NCBI GenBank assembly: GCA_965223865.1
Contig: OZ245020.1
Location: 1,504,001-1,568,000, forward strand
From: Nitrosarchaeum sp.
GTDB lineage: Archaea; Thermoproteota; Nitrososphaeria; Nitrososphaerales; Nitrosopumilaceae
Length of the DNA stretch: 64,000 nucleotides
Direction: 5' to 3'
Made by a program: the position numbers and the translations under genes. Under the pieces are notes generated by a model. It searched no databases. It was not told the DNA's origin and saw nothing but the letters and a program-made list of their open reading frames with translations. This document shows, piece after piece, positions 30,370-40,987 of the stretch. Position 1 is the first letter of the stretch. Each line of letters starts with the position of its first letter.

Positions 30370-30843
30370 ATGTACAAAACAATCCTTGTACCTCATGCTG
30401 GAACACCCGCTGGGGATGAGGCATTAAAACATGCTATTAGTGTTGCAAAGTGTAAGTCATCAAAAATAATCATTTTACATGTAATAGAGCCATGGTCTGA
30501 TCCAAGTTTTGGTTACTGGATAGAGCAAGAAACTACAGTCAAGGATCAGATAGACTCAATCTTTTCAAATCTCGAAGAAAGCGGCAGAAAGTTTCTTGCA
30601 GAGCGAGTGTCTCGATGCAGAAAAGAAGGTCTGTCTTGTGAGGGCATATTCAGAGTCGGGAAACCATCTGACTCTATCATAAAATACGCCAATGAAGAAA
30701 AGATAGATCTCATAATAATGGGCAAAAAGAAAAGGATTCCAAACTACAAGTCCATGTTCAAGATAGGAAGCGTAACAAAAAAAGTTCAAGAAAAAGTTGA
30801 CTGTTCAATTTTACTAGTTGATACAGATGACGAATCAGAATGA
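30370..30843 (+). CDS. universal stress protein
   Basis: YKTILVP...GKPSDSI...DLIIMG...GSV. Confidence 0.92.
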   Translation: MYKTILVPHAGTPAGDEALKHAISVAKCKSSKIIILHVIEPWSDPSFGYWIEQETTVKDQIDSIFSNLEESGRKFLAERVSRCRKEGLSCEGIFRVGKPSDSIIKYANEEKIDLIIMGKKKRIPNYKSMFKIGSVTKKVQEKVDCSILLVDTDDESE

Positions 30844-31128
30844 TACAGTTGGCACGTATCTTTCACTTGTATAACACTAAGAAGATAACAACAAAATGAA
30901 TTACATAAAAAAAGAAAAATCAAGAGATTGTCATCCCTCCCAGAACATAAAGTGGCCTATAGTACTAGCTTCTTGTATCCTTGAGCTCTTTTCTTAGTTC
31001 TATTAGTTTTCCAGCGTTCTCATTTAATTTTTACAATGATTCTTTTGCTAAAGGAGTTTCGCCTGGAAGAACGATGGTTGCAAGCTCATCATTTGTTGCA
31101 GAAATTTCTGCTTTCAAAAAATAAAGTG

Positions 31129-32418
31129 TTATGATGCTTTGATTTTTCTTTTGTTGTACAAGAGATAAAAAATGCAGCCTGCACCAATTATTCCCAATCC
31201 TACCAAAATAATTTCCAATTCAAATTGTATTGCCATATAGACAGTTACAATAAATCCAACGAGAGGCAATATGGGAAACTTTCCAATATTTACGGGAACT
31301 TTAAATGGGCGTTCCACATCTGGTTTTACGTATCTCAACAAGATTACTGCCAGGTTCACCATAGCAAATGTAATGACTATTGCAAAAACCACAATATTGG
31401 CAACAATTACAATGTCACCTACAAAAGCAAATGCGACTGACGTGAGAAAAATGTAGACTACTGCCACCCATGGGGTCCCAGTTCTTCCATGAACTCTTGC
31501 CAAAATAAGAGGTAAGGAGCCATCCTTTGCCATCCCATAAAGTATTCTTGCGCCAGCCACCAGAGTAATTAGAACGGTGCTGGCAGTGGCAAATAATGCA
31601 ATTGCAGATAGAGTAATTCCTCCTTCCATTTCCAATCCCCGTGCAGCTACATCGGCCAAAGGTGCAGTCGATTGACTCAACTCCTCCCAGTTTAGCACCT
31701 GCACAGAGGACAAAGAAACAAGAATGTAGATTACTCCCGTGATCAATACTGACAAAATTATTGCCCTAGGAAACGTCTTCTTGGGTTTTTTTACTTCCTC
31801 TGCAACATTTGCCATGTCTTCAAACCCAATAAAGGCAAAAAATATCAGAACAAATGCAAGCATTATTCCAGGTATTCCGTTTGGGGCATCAAAATAATCA
31901 ACAGAATCATTACTCTCAAAAGTAAAACCCAAGAAAATAATTATTCCAAGACCTGCAATTGTAACTAGTGCAAAAACCGTATTCATCCAAGCAGAGTGCC
32001 TTATTCCAATAAAGTTAACAAATGACAAAGCTACCAAAAGTAAAATTGCAGAGATAGTAATAGACATATCAAAAAACTGTGTTAAATATCCTCCAAACCC
32101 TAGCGCAACAGTTGCGCCAACAATCATGGAGGTAATTGCAGTTAGCCAACCAACAATAAATCCAATAAAATTGCTTTTGAATGCGTTTTTGACAAAAACA
32201 TATTCTGCAGCTGCTTTTGGAAACAGCACTGCAAGCTCTGAATAACTCAATCCTGCAAACATTGCCACTATTGCTCCAAGTCCAAAGGAGATCCACATTG
32301 CGTTGCCGGCAAACCCTGCAGCTTCGCCTATCAAGACATAGATCCCGGCACCAAGAGTCAATCCCACCCCGTACATGGTAAGCTCGAAAAGGCCCATGTG
32401 ACGTTTTAATTCAGTCAA
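31129..32418 (-). CDS. APC-family amino acid permease
   Basis: GAGIY, YSEL, FFAFIGFE, AEEVKKP. Confidence 0.92.
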   Translation of the reverse strand: MTELKRHMGLFELTMYGVGLTLGAGIYVLIGEAAGFAGNAMWISFGLGAIVAMFAGLSYSELAVLFPKAAAEYVFVKNAFKSNFIGFIVGWLTAITSMIVGATVALGFGGYLTQFFDMSITISAILLLVALSFVNFIGIRHSAWMNTVFALVTIAGLGIIIFLGFTFESNDSVDYFDAPNGIPGIMLAFVLIFFAFIGFEDMANVAEEVKKPKKTFPRAIILSVLITGVIYILVSLSSVQVLNWEELSQSTAPLADVAARGLEMEGGITLSAIALFATASTVLITLVAGARILYGMAKDGSLPLILARVHGRTGTPWVAVVYIFLTSVAFAFVGDIVIVANIVVFAIVITFAMVNLAVILLRYVKPDVERPFKVPVNIGKFPILPLVGFIVTVYMAIQFELEIILVGLGIIGAGCIFYLLYNKRKIKAS

Positions 32419-32677
32419 CTATGTTCCTGCTATCTATCAAAACAATTTTTACGTTTTTGGAATATTTGACATTATAGTTTCTTTAGAGCAGGCGTCATAC
32501 TACATGAACTAAACCACCAATACCCACATGTTTGTAAACTAGTACTTTCTTGCCCGATGCAAAAATTATAGTAATTTGTTTTGGATGAATCTTCATTAAA
32601 TTCTAAAAATGCGTCAATGTCAGAACCGAAAGTCAAGTTAATATGATTTATTCTCATTTATCAAACTGTGAACAAAA

Positions 32678-33403
32678 ATGAGTGCAGAAGAAATGCCAAA
32701 TGAAAAATTTCTGATAGTCGCATTTCCCAGTGTAGGGTTGGGGGGATCTTTTGCCATATCTTACCTAGCTGCTCAATTGCAAATGAAGGATATTGGGGAG
32801 CTGGAACTTGGAGAAATTTCCCCATCATATGTGATTAAAAATGGAGAGATATATGGTCCTATTCGCATATACAACAAAGACAACCTATATGCCATCCTGG
32901 CAGGCATTCCCTTGAGTCCTATCTCAACATATGATCTAATTATAAAATCAATAGAGTTTGCAAAAGACAATGGCATCAAAAAAATAATCATTCCAAGGGG
33001 ATTGGAGGTGGATAAAGAATACAAAAATAGACCCATGTCATTTGGTCTGGCAGCTAACAGTAATTCCAAATCTCTTTTGGATGAGTATAATCTGTCAATT
33101 GTTCCGGGAGCTACAATTCTTGGTTCTGATGCAAGTGTAATTTCTGCAATCAAAAATTCTGAAGTTTCATGCATTGTTTTGTACACTACATGCAGAATGA
33201 TGATGCCAGATGATGATGCAATCATAAAATCCATCAACACCCTTGCAGACATCATCAAAGTCAAGGTGGAGACCGAAAAATTTGAGGAGAGGTTAGAAAA
33301 GATAAGCAAAGAAAATGAGAAAGTAATAGAGGAAACTAGAAAATATTATGAAAATCTAGCTGGAAGACCTGCATCTATGCCACAACCACCAGGAGTTGCA
33401 TAA
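32678..33403 (+). CDS. PAC2-family proteasome assembly chaperone
   Basis: AFPSVGLGG...YL...PIRIY...PD..A. Confidence 0.82.
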   Translation: MSAEEMPNEKFLIVAFPSVGLGGSFAISYLAAQLQMKDIGELELGEISPSYVIKNGEIYGPIRIYNKDNLYAILAGIPLSPISTYDLIIKSIEFAKDNGIKKIIIPRGLEVDKEYKNRPMSFGLAANSNSKSLLDEYNLSIVPGATILGSDASVISAIKNSEVSCIVLYTTCRMMMPDDDAIIKSINTLADIIKVKVETEKFEERLEKISKENEKVIEETRKYYENLAGRPASMPQPPGVA

Positions 33404-33474
33404 AAGTTGCTTGTCTCAGATAAAAAATGATTTCTGGTTCAAAACTACCTGCTAGTCTTGCAACTAGCCCATAG

Positions 33475-33954
33475 TCAAATTTTTTCCTTTTCTGTTTGCT
33501 TGTTACTGTTTGTTGATTGTGATTTGTCAGATTGTGAGAATGATTTGGCATATGAATCCACCATCATATGAAAATAGCTATCAAATGATCTGATTGCTTC
33601 AATTCTTATTTTTGTATATTGGTCCAAAAGTTTGGATGTGATTTCAATATTCTGAATATAGTTATTCTTGATTGATTCAGAATTTTTCTTAATTTGTTCC
33701 AATATGTCTTGTTCTACATTTAATTTGTCAAAAAATTCCTTTTCAGCAACATAACATGTGCCAAAAATGTCATCTAAAGTATGCAAGTATTGCGTGTAAA
33801 GATTAGAGTAATTCTGGAAAAGCAGAGGTATCTGCGATTCTATTTTTTTGATGACTTCTGAGGTGTTTTCTTTCATTATTTCGCAAATCGATGAATTTTC
33901 TTGGTTGTCTTCAATGTCCTCTTTGATTTGATTTTCTTTTATTTTCATAATCAC
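33475..33954 (-). CDS. all-helical protein, phasin-like
   Basis: PLLFQNYSNLY...EKEFFDK pattern; overlaps the stop of the upstream Usp gene by 4 nt. Confidence 0.7.
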   Translation of the reverse strand: MIMKIKENQIKEDIEDNQENSSICEIMKENTSEVIKKIESQIPLLFQNYSNLYTQYLHTLDDIFGTCYVAEKEFFDKLNVEQDILEQIKKNSESIKNNYIQNIEITSKLLDQYTKIRIEAIRSFDSYFHMMVDSYAKSFSQSDKSQSTNSNKQTEKEKI

Positions 33955-34421
33955 TTTACCACCGTTACAGGAATATCTGCATGATGTATAACATGATATG
34001 ACACGCTTCCAAGCAAGACTTCTCCTACATGGCCTTTGCCAGTCATTCCAATCACAATATGATCAAATCCCTTATCATGAGCATATTGAACTACCTTATC
34101 TCCCGGCACTCCTTTTGCAACTATTCCTTGAAAACTGACAGAGTTTTCTTCACATATTTTTTTAGCATCTCCCATTATCCCATTTGCTTCTGCTAGTTGT
34201 TTTTCAGTATAGTTTTTCTCCTCAAGCGATGAAAGAGGTTTCAGTGTTTCTACAAACGACTTTGTACCCTTTTCTGAGGATATTATGTAAATACCAGTAA
34301 TTGAAGCGTTTGAAGGTATTGTAAGAGAGATTGCCTCTATTAGTGCACGTATTGAGTTATCAGAACCATCCAGCGGTACCAATATTTTGGATATCTCTTT
34401 TTGTTTCTTGTTTTTGCTCAT
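33951..34421 (-). CDS. universal stress protein
   Basis: KILVPLDGS...LLGSVS..V.HHA..PVTVVK. Confidence 0.93.
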   Translation of the reverse strand: MSKNKKQKEISKILVPLDGSDNSIRALIEAISLTIPSNASITGIYIISSEKGTKSFVETLKPLSSLEEKNYTEKQLAEANGIMGDAKKICEENSVSFQGIVAKGVPGDKVVQYAHDKGFDHIVIGMTGKGHVGEVLLGSVSYHVIHHADIPVTVVK

Positions 34422-34559
34422 ATCTTCTTCCAGATTTTAGCTATGAAATAACATACCAAAACATAAAGCATGAACACCATTCTCACAACTGAGCATGCTC
34501 TAAAAATCAAGATTGAAAATGAACATTTCATTTATCACCATGACAAAATAATCTAAAGC

Positions 34560-34736
34560 ATGAAAGACGAGGCTGAATCATTGGTGTCAGATGTTCAGAA
34601 TTATGCTGATGGACTTGTTTTGGCAATACAAAAAGGAAGAATCCAGGAGGGTTTGGAGTATGTTCAAAAAATGACCAATCATCTGGATCAAGTCAAACAG
34701 TATCTAGAATTAAAAAAATCCATTCCAGAAAACTAA
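34560..34736 (+). CDS. small helical protein (58 aa)
   Basis: Manual translation MKDEAESLVSDVQNYADGL...KSIPEN*; its TAA abuts the antiporter ATG. Confidence 0.65.
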   Translation: MKDEAESLVSDVQNYADGLVLAIQKGRIQEGLEYVQKMTNHLDQVKQYLELKKSIPEN

Positions 34737-35693
34737 ATGTCTGAAATCTGGCTAAGCGTAGTTTTGGTGGCAGTTGGCCTAGTGATGATCTACTATGGCG
34801 CAAACTGGCTCATAAACGGCTCAGTTGTAATTGCAAAGAGACTAAACATCAGCCATCTGATTATTGGTTTGACTATAGTCGCCTTTGGAACTTCAACTCC
34901 AGAGCTAACCGTAAGCCTTTCTGCAGTCCTAAGTGGCTACAATGATGTTACAATAGGAAATGTTGTAGGAAGCAACATTGCAAACATAGGATTAATTTTG
35001 GGAATTGCTGCAATTTTGAGTCCGCTGGCTGTAGCAAAAACAACAATTCGAAGAGAAATCCCAATAATGGTAATAGTCTCTGTTTTGATAATACCGCTAT
35101 CCCTTGATAACATGATATCGCAGGTGGAGGGAATTGCCATGATAGCAGGAGTTGTTTTGTTTACTGTTTTCAGTTACAGACAATCAAAAAAAGAGAAAAA
35201 ACCAGACATACCGCTAGAAACTGTTTCAAACGAAAAAGAAGTATCTTACAAAAAATCTGTTCTTAACATTGGAGCTGGGAGCGTATTTCTTATTGTAAGC
35301 TCGTTTATCACAGTGGATAATGCCGTCATTATAGCTGAAAGTTTTGGAGTTCCAAACCTGATAATTGGAATCACCTTGCTTGCAGTAGGCACATCACTTC
35401 CTGAATTGATCACCACAGTCATGGCAATAAAAAAAGGGCATGTTGATTTATCAGTCGGAAACATAATCGGAAGTAACATCTTTAACATTCTTGCAATTGC
35501 AGGGACGTCTGCTGCAGTTACTGGAATCATAGTAAATCCTGAAATTATGAGGGATTATTTGATAATGATCATATTCAGTCTTGCATTGATTCCTATAATG
35601 AAATCTGGCCTTTCAATAAACAAAGTTGAAGGAAGTCTTTTGTTAGGAGGTTACATTGCATATGCTGTGTTTTTGTTTTACACTCTAGTATGA
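34737..35693 (+). CDS. Ca2+/Na+ antiporter (YrbG family)
   Basis: Two alpha repeats GTS(T/L)PE...GN(V/I)(V/I)GSN. Confidence 0.93.
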   Translation: MSEIWLSVVLVAVGLVMIYYGANWLINGSVVIAKRLNISHLIIGLTIVAFGTSTPELTVSLSAVLSGYNDVTIGNVVGSNIANIGLILGIAAILSPLAVAKTTIRREIPIMVIVSVLIIPLSLDNMISQVEGIAMIAGVVLFTVFSYRQSKKEKKPDIPLETVSNEKEVSYKKSVLNIGAGSVFLIVSSFITVDNAVIIAESFGVPNLIIGITLLAVGTSLPELITTVMAIKKGHVDLSVGNIIGSNIFNILAIAGTSAAVTGIIVNPEIMRDYLIMIIFSLALIPIMKSGLSINKVEGSLLLGGYIAYAVFLFYTLV

Positions 35694-35714
35694 GTTCAAA
35701 AAAATAAGAAAGAA

Positions 35715-36140
35715 TTATTGAGATTTTAGGTTAGCTAATGTTTCCATTATGACTTTCATCTGTTCCATAATAATTTGTTGTAGGTCATCTAGTTTTTGAT
35801 TCAGTTGTTTAATCTCATCTCTTAACTGTTGATTTTCTTGTCTTAATTTTTCAAGCTCGGTTGAATCTGAATTACTTATCATCTTATTTCTTGAGGAAGA
35901 AGTATTGTTGTCATCAGAATCAAATCTTAGCTGTTCGTTAATTTGTTCTCTTGTAAGTTGGCTGTTCTTGACTATGGCATCTAGCATTTCTACTCTCTGC
36001 TAGTTGAGTCAATCACTGCCTCAAGTTCAACTTCTACTTTGGATGCGTTGCCTCTTTTTTCAATTTCAACTTCTAATTTATTTTCTAATTTTTGGTCACC
36101 AGAGCGTTCTATTCTTAGTTCCTTGTCTGCCTCTTCTCTA
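35715..36140 (-). pseudogene. frameshifted C-terminal remnant of a larger coiled-coil/surface protein
   Basis: ORFs 35990-36175 and 35715-35987 join by a frameshift at about 35990 (STSR/VEMLDAI); the 5' part is missing and it abuts the nitroreductase gene. Confidence 0.5.
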
Positions 36141-37178
36141 ATAAGTGAGAACTTTGTGTTTGTATAGAACGTCACTTACATCACGACGTAGTGTATGTGC
36201 TGTAGTGTCTCCATGGCCCATGCGTAACAAAATTTGTGCAAATCCCTCCTTTTCTATAATTTCCAGTAATTTTGGACGCAGTTCTGCAACTTCTATAGGT
36301 TGGCCAAAGAATGAAGCCCATAGATCTTGGCTGGCTCCGGCAAGCAAGATGTGTGCCAAAGCTTTGCCTGTAAGAACCCAATCTTTTGGCTCATCTGTCT
36401 TTGTTCCCAATATGGCTAAGATTGGAGAACCAGAGGCTAGCTGACGGTCCTTTGCAGCCTCGCCGTTTCCAACATCAAATGTGCGAACAACAAGAGTTCT
36501 AATTGAAGATTCTAAGTCACTTCGTCCATATCCATAGGCAGGTATGCCGTCTTTGCTTTTTGATTTACTGGAGCGAATCCATTTTACCAACTCTCTTCTA
36601 AATTTTCTATCTTTCATCTGTATTTTGTCTCCTTTGGAAATCAAATCGGATATGGCATTCTTTTTTTCGTCTTCTTTGATAATATGAAACCAAGTCTTGT
36701 TCTTTTTTGCAACATCTGCCATATAGTCAAGCAGAGAGTCTTCTACTTTGGTGTCATCAAATGGCATTCTGTTGGTGACTCTTTTTGGGATTGCTTTGAA
36801 TAGTTCCTTGTCTTCATCTGTGGGTTCATGTTTTTCACCTAGTCTTACAGATGCTATAATGTCAGGATTGTGAGGATCTGGAAGGATTTGTTCTTCTGCC
36901 TTGTATCCAAAGTATCTCATGGCCAGTTCAAGATGAAAGATGGCAGCACCGCAGCTAATGACCAGTTCCCTACTGCTAGGGTCTATTACTTCAAGTGCAC
37001 GAGTTTTGTCAGCGTGTAATTCTACCGTGTCGTGAATTATCTTAAAAACCCACGGTTGAGTGTTGTGTGTGGAAGGCGCCAAGATTGCATACTTGAGAAG
37101 AAACTCTAACTTTTCAAAAGGCATTTTATCATGTGGAAAGTCTTTTTCAGGTATTTCCCAGATGTTGAATTCATTCAT
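36138..37178 (-). CDS. Acg-family FMN-binding nitroreductase
   Basis: APSTHNTQPW, ISCGAA, RVTNRMPF, QPIEV, LRMGH. Confidence 0.9.
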   Translation of the reverse strand: MNEFNIWEIPEKDFPHDKMPFEKLEFLLKYAILAPSTHNTQPWVFKIIHDTVELHADKTRALEVIDPSSRELVISCGAAIFHLELAMRYFGYKAEEQILPDPHNPDIIASVRLGEKHEPTDEDKELFKAIPKRVTNRMPFDDTKVEDSLLDYMADVAKKNKTWFHIIKEDEKKNAISDLISKGDKIQMKDRKFRRELVKWIRSSKSKSKDGIPAYGYGRSDLESSIRTLVVRTFDVGNGEAAKDRQLASGSPILAILGTKTDEPKDWVLTGKALAHILLAGASQDLWASFFGQPIEVAELRPKLLEIIEKEGFAQILLRMGHGDTTAHTLRRDVSDVLYKHKVLTY

Positions 37179-37426
37179 AGAACAATCATGGTTTTTCAGA
37201 TTAAAATTTATTCTGATTAATTTCTATCTTGGAATGGGTTTTTAATAGAATGTATGATCTTTTAGGATTTTTAATGATCAAACCTTAAATCTGGTTTTGA
37301 TTATCTTTTTAGGTTACGTTTTCGAATTTGATAATACTGTATCTTTTTTTATATCGTTGTGAGAAAATGCATTATGCAAGAAACCAAGTTCGTTTTTTAC
37401 TTTAGGTCTGGTTTAGGGTTGAAAAG

Positions 37427-37804
37427 TTGGCTAGTTTAACTAAAAGAATTGGAAAATCACGAACCATAAAGACAAAGAGTGGAACTAGAGAAATAAAGAC
37501 TAGAGGTAGAGCTTTTAGAGATGTTGAAGGAAAAATCAGAACAGCTAGCCCCACATCTAGAGTAAGACAATCAATATTAGTTCCTCGAGATAAATTTACG
37601 AAAACAGAGGCAATAAAACTTTTAAAAAGAAAAGGCGCAATTACCAAAAAAATTGATGTTACCCAGAATTTCTTTAGATTTCGACAAATTAATCCATCAC
37701 TATTTGAAAAGGAGACCTTTAGAACTGTACAGGCAATAGGGTACCCAAAGGGAGTTCTTGCTGTTGGGGGAAGAATAAAACAAAAGAAAACACCATTCAA
37801 ATAA
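37427..37804 (+). CDS. highly basic protein, possibly of viral origin
   Basis: K/R-rich; QSILVP...FT..EA...L.......D.T.NFFRFRQ..P..F...FRT. Confidence 0.65.
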   Translation: MASLTKRIGKSRTIKTKSGTREIKTRGRAFRDVEGKIRTASPTSRVRQSILVPRDKFTKTEAIKLLKRKGAITKKIDVTQNFFRFRQINPSLFEKETFRTVQAIGYPKGVLAVGGRIKQKKTPFK

Positions 37805-37869
37805 TTTGAATTTGTAGCATATTAAAAATTACAAGATAACAGAAAATTCAAACTCCGGTATTTAGTAAA

Positions 37870-38085
37870 AACTAGTCAGATTGTTTTGGTGACTTGTTAA
37901 ATTGTGCAATAATATTTGCATACGAATTCATCAAGGAAGTAAAAAAAGTTGAAAAGACGTTTGGTGCATACAATGTAGTGATAAAACTAGAGGTTGAATT
38001 CGTCTCAAAGATCAAAAATATAATGTCTGAGAAGATAAGAAATAGGCAAGGAATTCAAAGTACACTGATGGTTGTAACCGTATAG
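37870..38085 (+). pseudogene. degenerate Lrp/AsnC RAM domain
   Basis: TFGAYNVVIKLE...IQSTLM retained; N-terminus disrupted. Confidence 0.55.
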
Positions 38086-38346
38086 ATGCTGCAGCAGCAA
38101 CTCTTTATCAGTAAGATCTATAAGCAAAGATCTTCTTTTTGATTTGAGATGTCTGGTTCTATTTCAAAATGGTGGGAAGGAATAAAAGAATTAAAAGATG
38201 ACATTGAATGCTATGTTTCTAATCCTGATTTGGATGCAAATGTTCTAGATGCTTGAGTATTTCACATGAGTAAAAAATCCAACTTATCATATTCACTATA
38301 GTATTTGCTGCAATGCTAGTTAAAATAAAATGGAGTTAATGGTTGC

Positions 38347-38535
38347 TTATTCCAATTTTGTTTTTGCTTTTTTGATCATTGCCATCTCTTCTTTAAGATG
38401 TTTTTTTAGAATGCGTTCATGGTCTTTTTTGTGCGAACTGTATGCCTTGTTTAATGCCTGTTTTGTTTTTGCTTTTTTTATTGCAGCATTGAATTTTTTG
38501 TGAATTGTGTTCACTTGTGCAGTATAGCTTGCCAT
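38347..38535 (-). CDS. small basic helical protein
   Basis: 62 aa, K/A/H-rich. Confidence 0.75.
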   Translation of the reverse strand: MASYTAQVNTIHKKFNAAIKKAKTKQALNKAYSSHKKDHERILKKHLKEEMAMIKKAKTKLE

Positions 38536-38592
38536 GAATGGTTTTTTTATTCATTGTTTAAATTGTATCATTAAAGCAAAAATTAGACATTC

Positions 38593-39495
38593 TTGTCTAG
38601 TTTTACATATTTTGAAAATAACAGAAAAAAAGAACTAGAGTACATTGAAGAATGCCTTAAAGAAGGAAAGAATGTTGTGGTAGATGACACAAACCTCACT
38701 CAAGCAATATGGAAGCAGCACATAGATCTTGTCAAAAGGTACAATGCCAAGGCGATTGGAATTTTCATGAACACCTCTACTGGTATGTTGATTCATTACT
38801 TGGAGTCATTTACAGATTCACTTGTTGTAACAGAAGAAAATGAAAACCCAATTGGGGTAATTGGAGGACGAGAGATAATTGAGAACGTCTTCAAAAACCC
38901 ATCTTCAGAATTTTTTGACAATACTACAGTGGAACAAATTACTGACAAAAATCTAGTAATTTTATCAGACACAACAAGCCTCGGAGAGCTTCTTGAGGCA
39001 TGGAAGAAGACAAGACGTGCATTTTCCATCATTCCAAATAATTTGGGAGGATATTCTGCAATATCTGCAAGAAAGGTACTAGAAATCGGCACAAATTGCA
39101 TTACTGATCTGACCATCTCTGAATTGCCCAAAAAAGAAGTCGTCACATTTGAGCAAGACAGCACTATCAGAGACATCATTGGTTTGATGCTGGAAAAAAA
39201 TACAAGAAAACTAGTTTTAAAAGATACAAACTATTTTATCAGTGATCGCTTGCTGATTCAAAGTATTGCACAGGAATTTGATTTTTTCAGAAATGTAAAA
39301 TTCTTAGAACACAAAGTTGAAAAGTCATTCAAGCTAGAAGAGATAAAAAAGATTTCCAAGGATGTCAATTTGGCAGAACTCTCAAAAATCATGTACACGA
39401 TGGTTCATCCTTATGTGCTTTATCAGGATCAAGTAGTCACTCCTTGGGACATCTGTATGGCATTGCAATCTGACAGGATAGAATTTTTGGGATGA
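38593..39495 (+). CDS. chimeric ORF: kinase (AAA_33-like) fragment fused to a CBS protein
   Basis: GKNVVVDDTNLT...IFMNTS joined to TGMLIHYLESFTDS..., the paralog of 26442. Confidence 0.7.
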   Translation: MSSFTYFENNRKKELEYIEECLKEGKNVVVDDTNLTQAIWKQHIDLVKRYNAKAIGIFMNTSTGMLIHYLESFTDSLVVTEENENPIGVIGGREIIENVFKNPSSEFFDNTTVEQITDKNLVILSDTTSLGELLEAWKKTRRAFSIIPNNLGGYSAISARKVLEIGTNCITDLTISELPKKEVVTFEQDSTIRDIIGLMLEKNTRKLVLKDTNYFISDRLLIQSIAQEFDFFRNVKFLEHKVEKSFKLEEIKKISKDVNLAELSKIMYTMVHPYVLYQDQVVTPWDICMALQSDRIEFLG

Positions 39496-39572
39496 GATAA
39501 ATTTCTAGTCTGGAAAGACAAATAATGTTCAAGCATACAAGAATAGAATTTCTAAATAGCCTATCTTTTGGT

Positions 39573-40574
39573 TTAAGATTTTAATGACAAAAATCCCAGC
39601 AATACACTCATGCCGATAAATACCGCTATGGTAATTATCATGTGTCGTTGAGCCTTTTCTTTTTCATAGAACTTTCTAGGAGAGATGCCACCAATAAAAA
39701 AGACAACCATCATTCCTAAAACCAAGCCAATAATGTTTGCAGCAGTAAGCGTCAATGCGCTTGAAAATATATCAAAATCCCATAATGCAATTCCTATTCC
39801 TGCCACCGCTGCAGGTGGTACCAGGGCAGCTGCAATTGCCACACCTACCAAAATTCCTGGAATGTCAGTAGACATTGCAATGCCTCCTGCCAACCCCAAT
39901 GCTATTGCAACTGCCAAAAATACTGGAGACACTGCTGTTCTGGAAAGGATTTCATCTGTCAATGGCAAGTCTGTAAATTGGATTGCAATTGCAGTCAAAA
40001 AAGCACCCGTACCAATTACAGCTATCAGTAAAATCGAACCAGATGTTAACGCCCTGAGCATCTTGTCTGTTTTTCCAACTGCAGTGTTAAATGAGAAAGC
40101 AGAAATTGGACCTAACAGAGGAGATATCAACATTGCTCCAATTACCAGCGATGCATTATTTGCAAACAGGCCAGCTGTTGCGACACCTGCAGCAATAACA
40201 ATCATGAACAAAAGATTTCTGTTAAAATTTACATTGGGTTCAATTAGGGATTGGTATTCTTCAACTAGTTTTTTCTTTTTTATCTTGACTTGCTTTGCTT
40301 CTATCTCTTTTTCCAGATTTGAGATATAGTCTGATAATGTTGCCTCAATCGACAGACTAGTGATGTATAGTTCCTTTTTACGAGTATCTATTATTTTGTG
40401 CAGTTCATTTGTTAGCGTACTTGATATAGAATCTGGACAAATTCCAGTGTACCGCAAAAGTTTTTCGTCCTCAGATATTGTAAGCTCTGCATTAAATGGA
40501 ATCTTGTATTTTTTAAAAACATACTCTACGCTCTGGCTTTGGGGCTCATAGCAAAGTGCTTCAATTTTTCTCAT
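39573..40574 (-). CDS. DUF389/TIGR00341 membrane protein
   Basis: IGAMLISPLLGP, GVAIAAALVPP. Confidence 0.9.
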   Translation of the reverse strand: MRKIEALCYEPQSQSVEYVFKKYKIPFNAELTISEDEKLLRYTGICPDSISSTLTNELHKIIDTRKKELYITSLSIEATLSDYISNLEKEIEAKQVKIKKKKLVEEYQSLIEPNVNFNRNLLFMIVIAAGVATAGLFANNASLVIGAMLISPLLGPISAFSFNTAVGKTDKMLRALTSGSILLIAVIGTGAFLTAIAIQFTDLPLTDEILSRTAVSPVFLAVAIALGLAGGIAMSTDIPGILVGVAIAAALVPPAAVAGIGIALWDFDIFSSALTLTAANIIGLVLGMMVVFFIGGISPRKFYEKEKAQRHMIITIAVFIGMSVLLGFLSLKS

Positions 40575-40987
40575 ATCTTGCCTTCCTTGGTTTCTTTTTA
40601 CGCAACATCTTTATTTCTTGTTAAAGGTTTCTTGAATGAAATTTGACAAATACTTTATCTGCAAGAGAACCATTCCATATCCATGAAAGACATAATTGAT
40701 TTTTTTATAAGTGATGTGAAAATTTATTCAAGCGGACTCTTCACTTCACTTGAAAACAATAGACATTATGAGGTTCAAGATTATTTACAAAATATGAATG
40801 ATGCATAAATTCTAAATCTCCAGATTCATCTACACATACATAGAGTTTAGGCAAATTACTAAAAATTATGTATTATGAATTTAGCTGTTATCATAATATC
40901 AAAAAGAGCTTGTCTTGCAAAGATGTAATGATGTAAATCAAAATAAAATAAACTCAAAAATTTTTTGATTAGAAAAAAAATGGGCGG

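Noticed and set aside
39685-40329. Long antisense ORFs (also 3732, 6072, 24638, 32773, 37402, 38796, 61295 and those inside the ATPase and Cdc48)
   Set aside because: Shadows of genes on the opposite strand with no recognisable motifs
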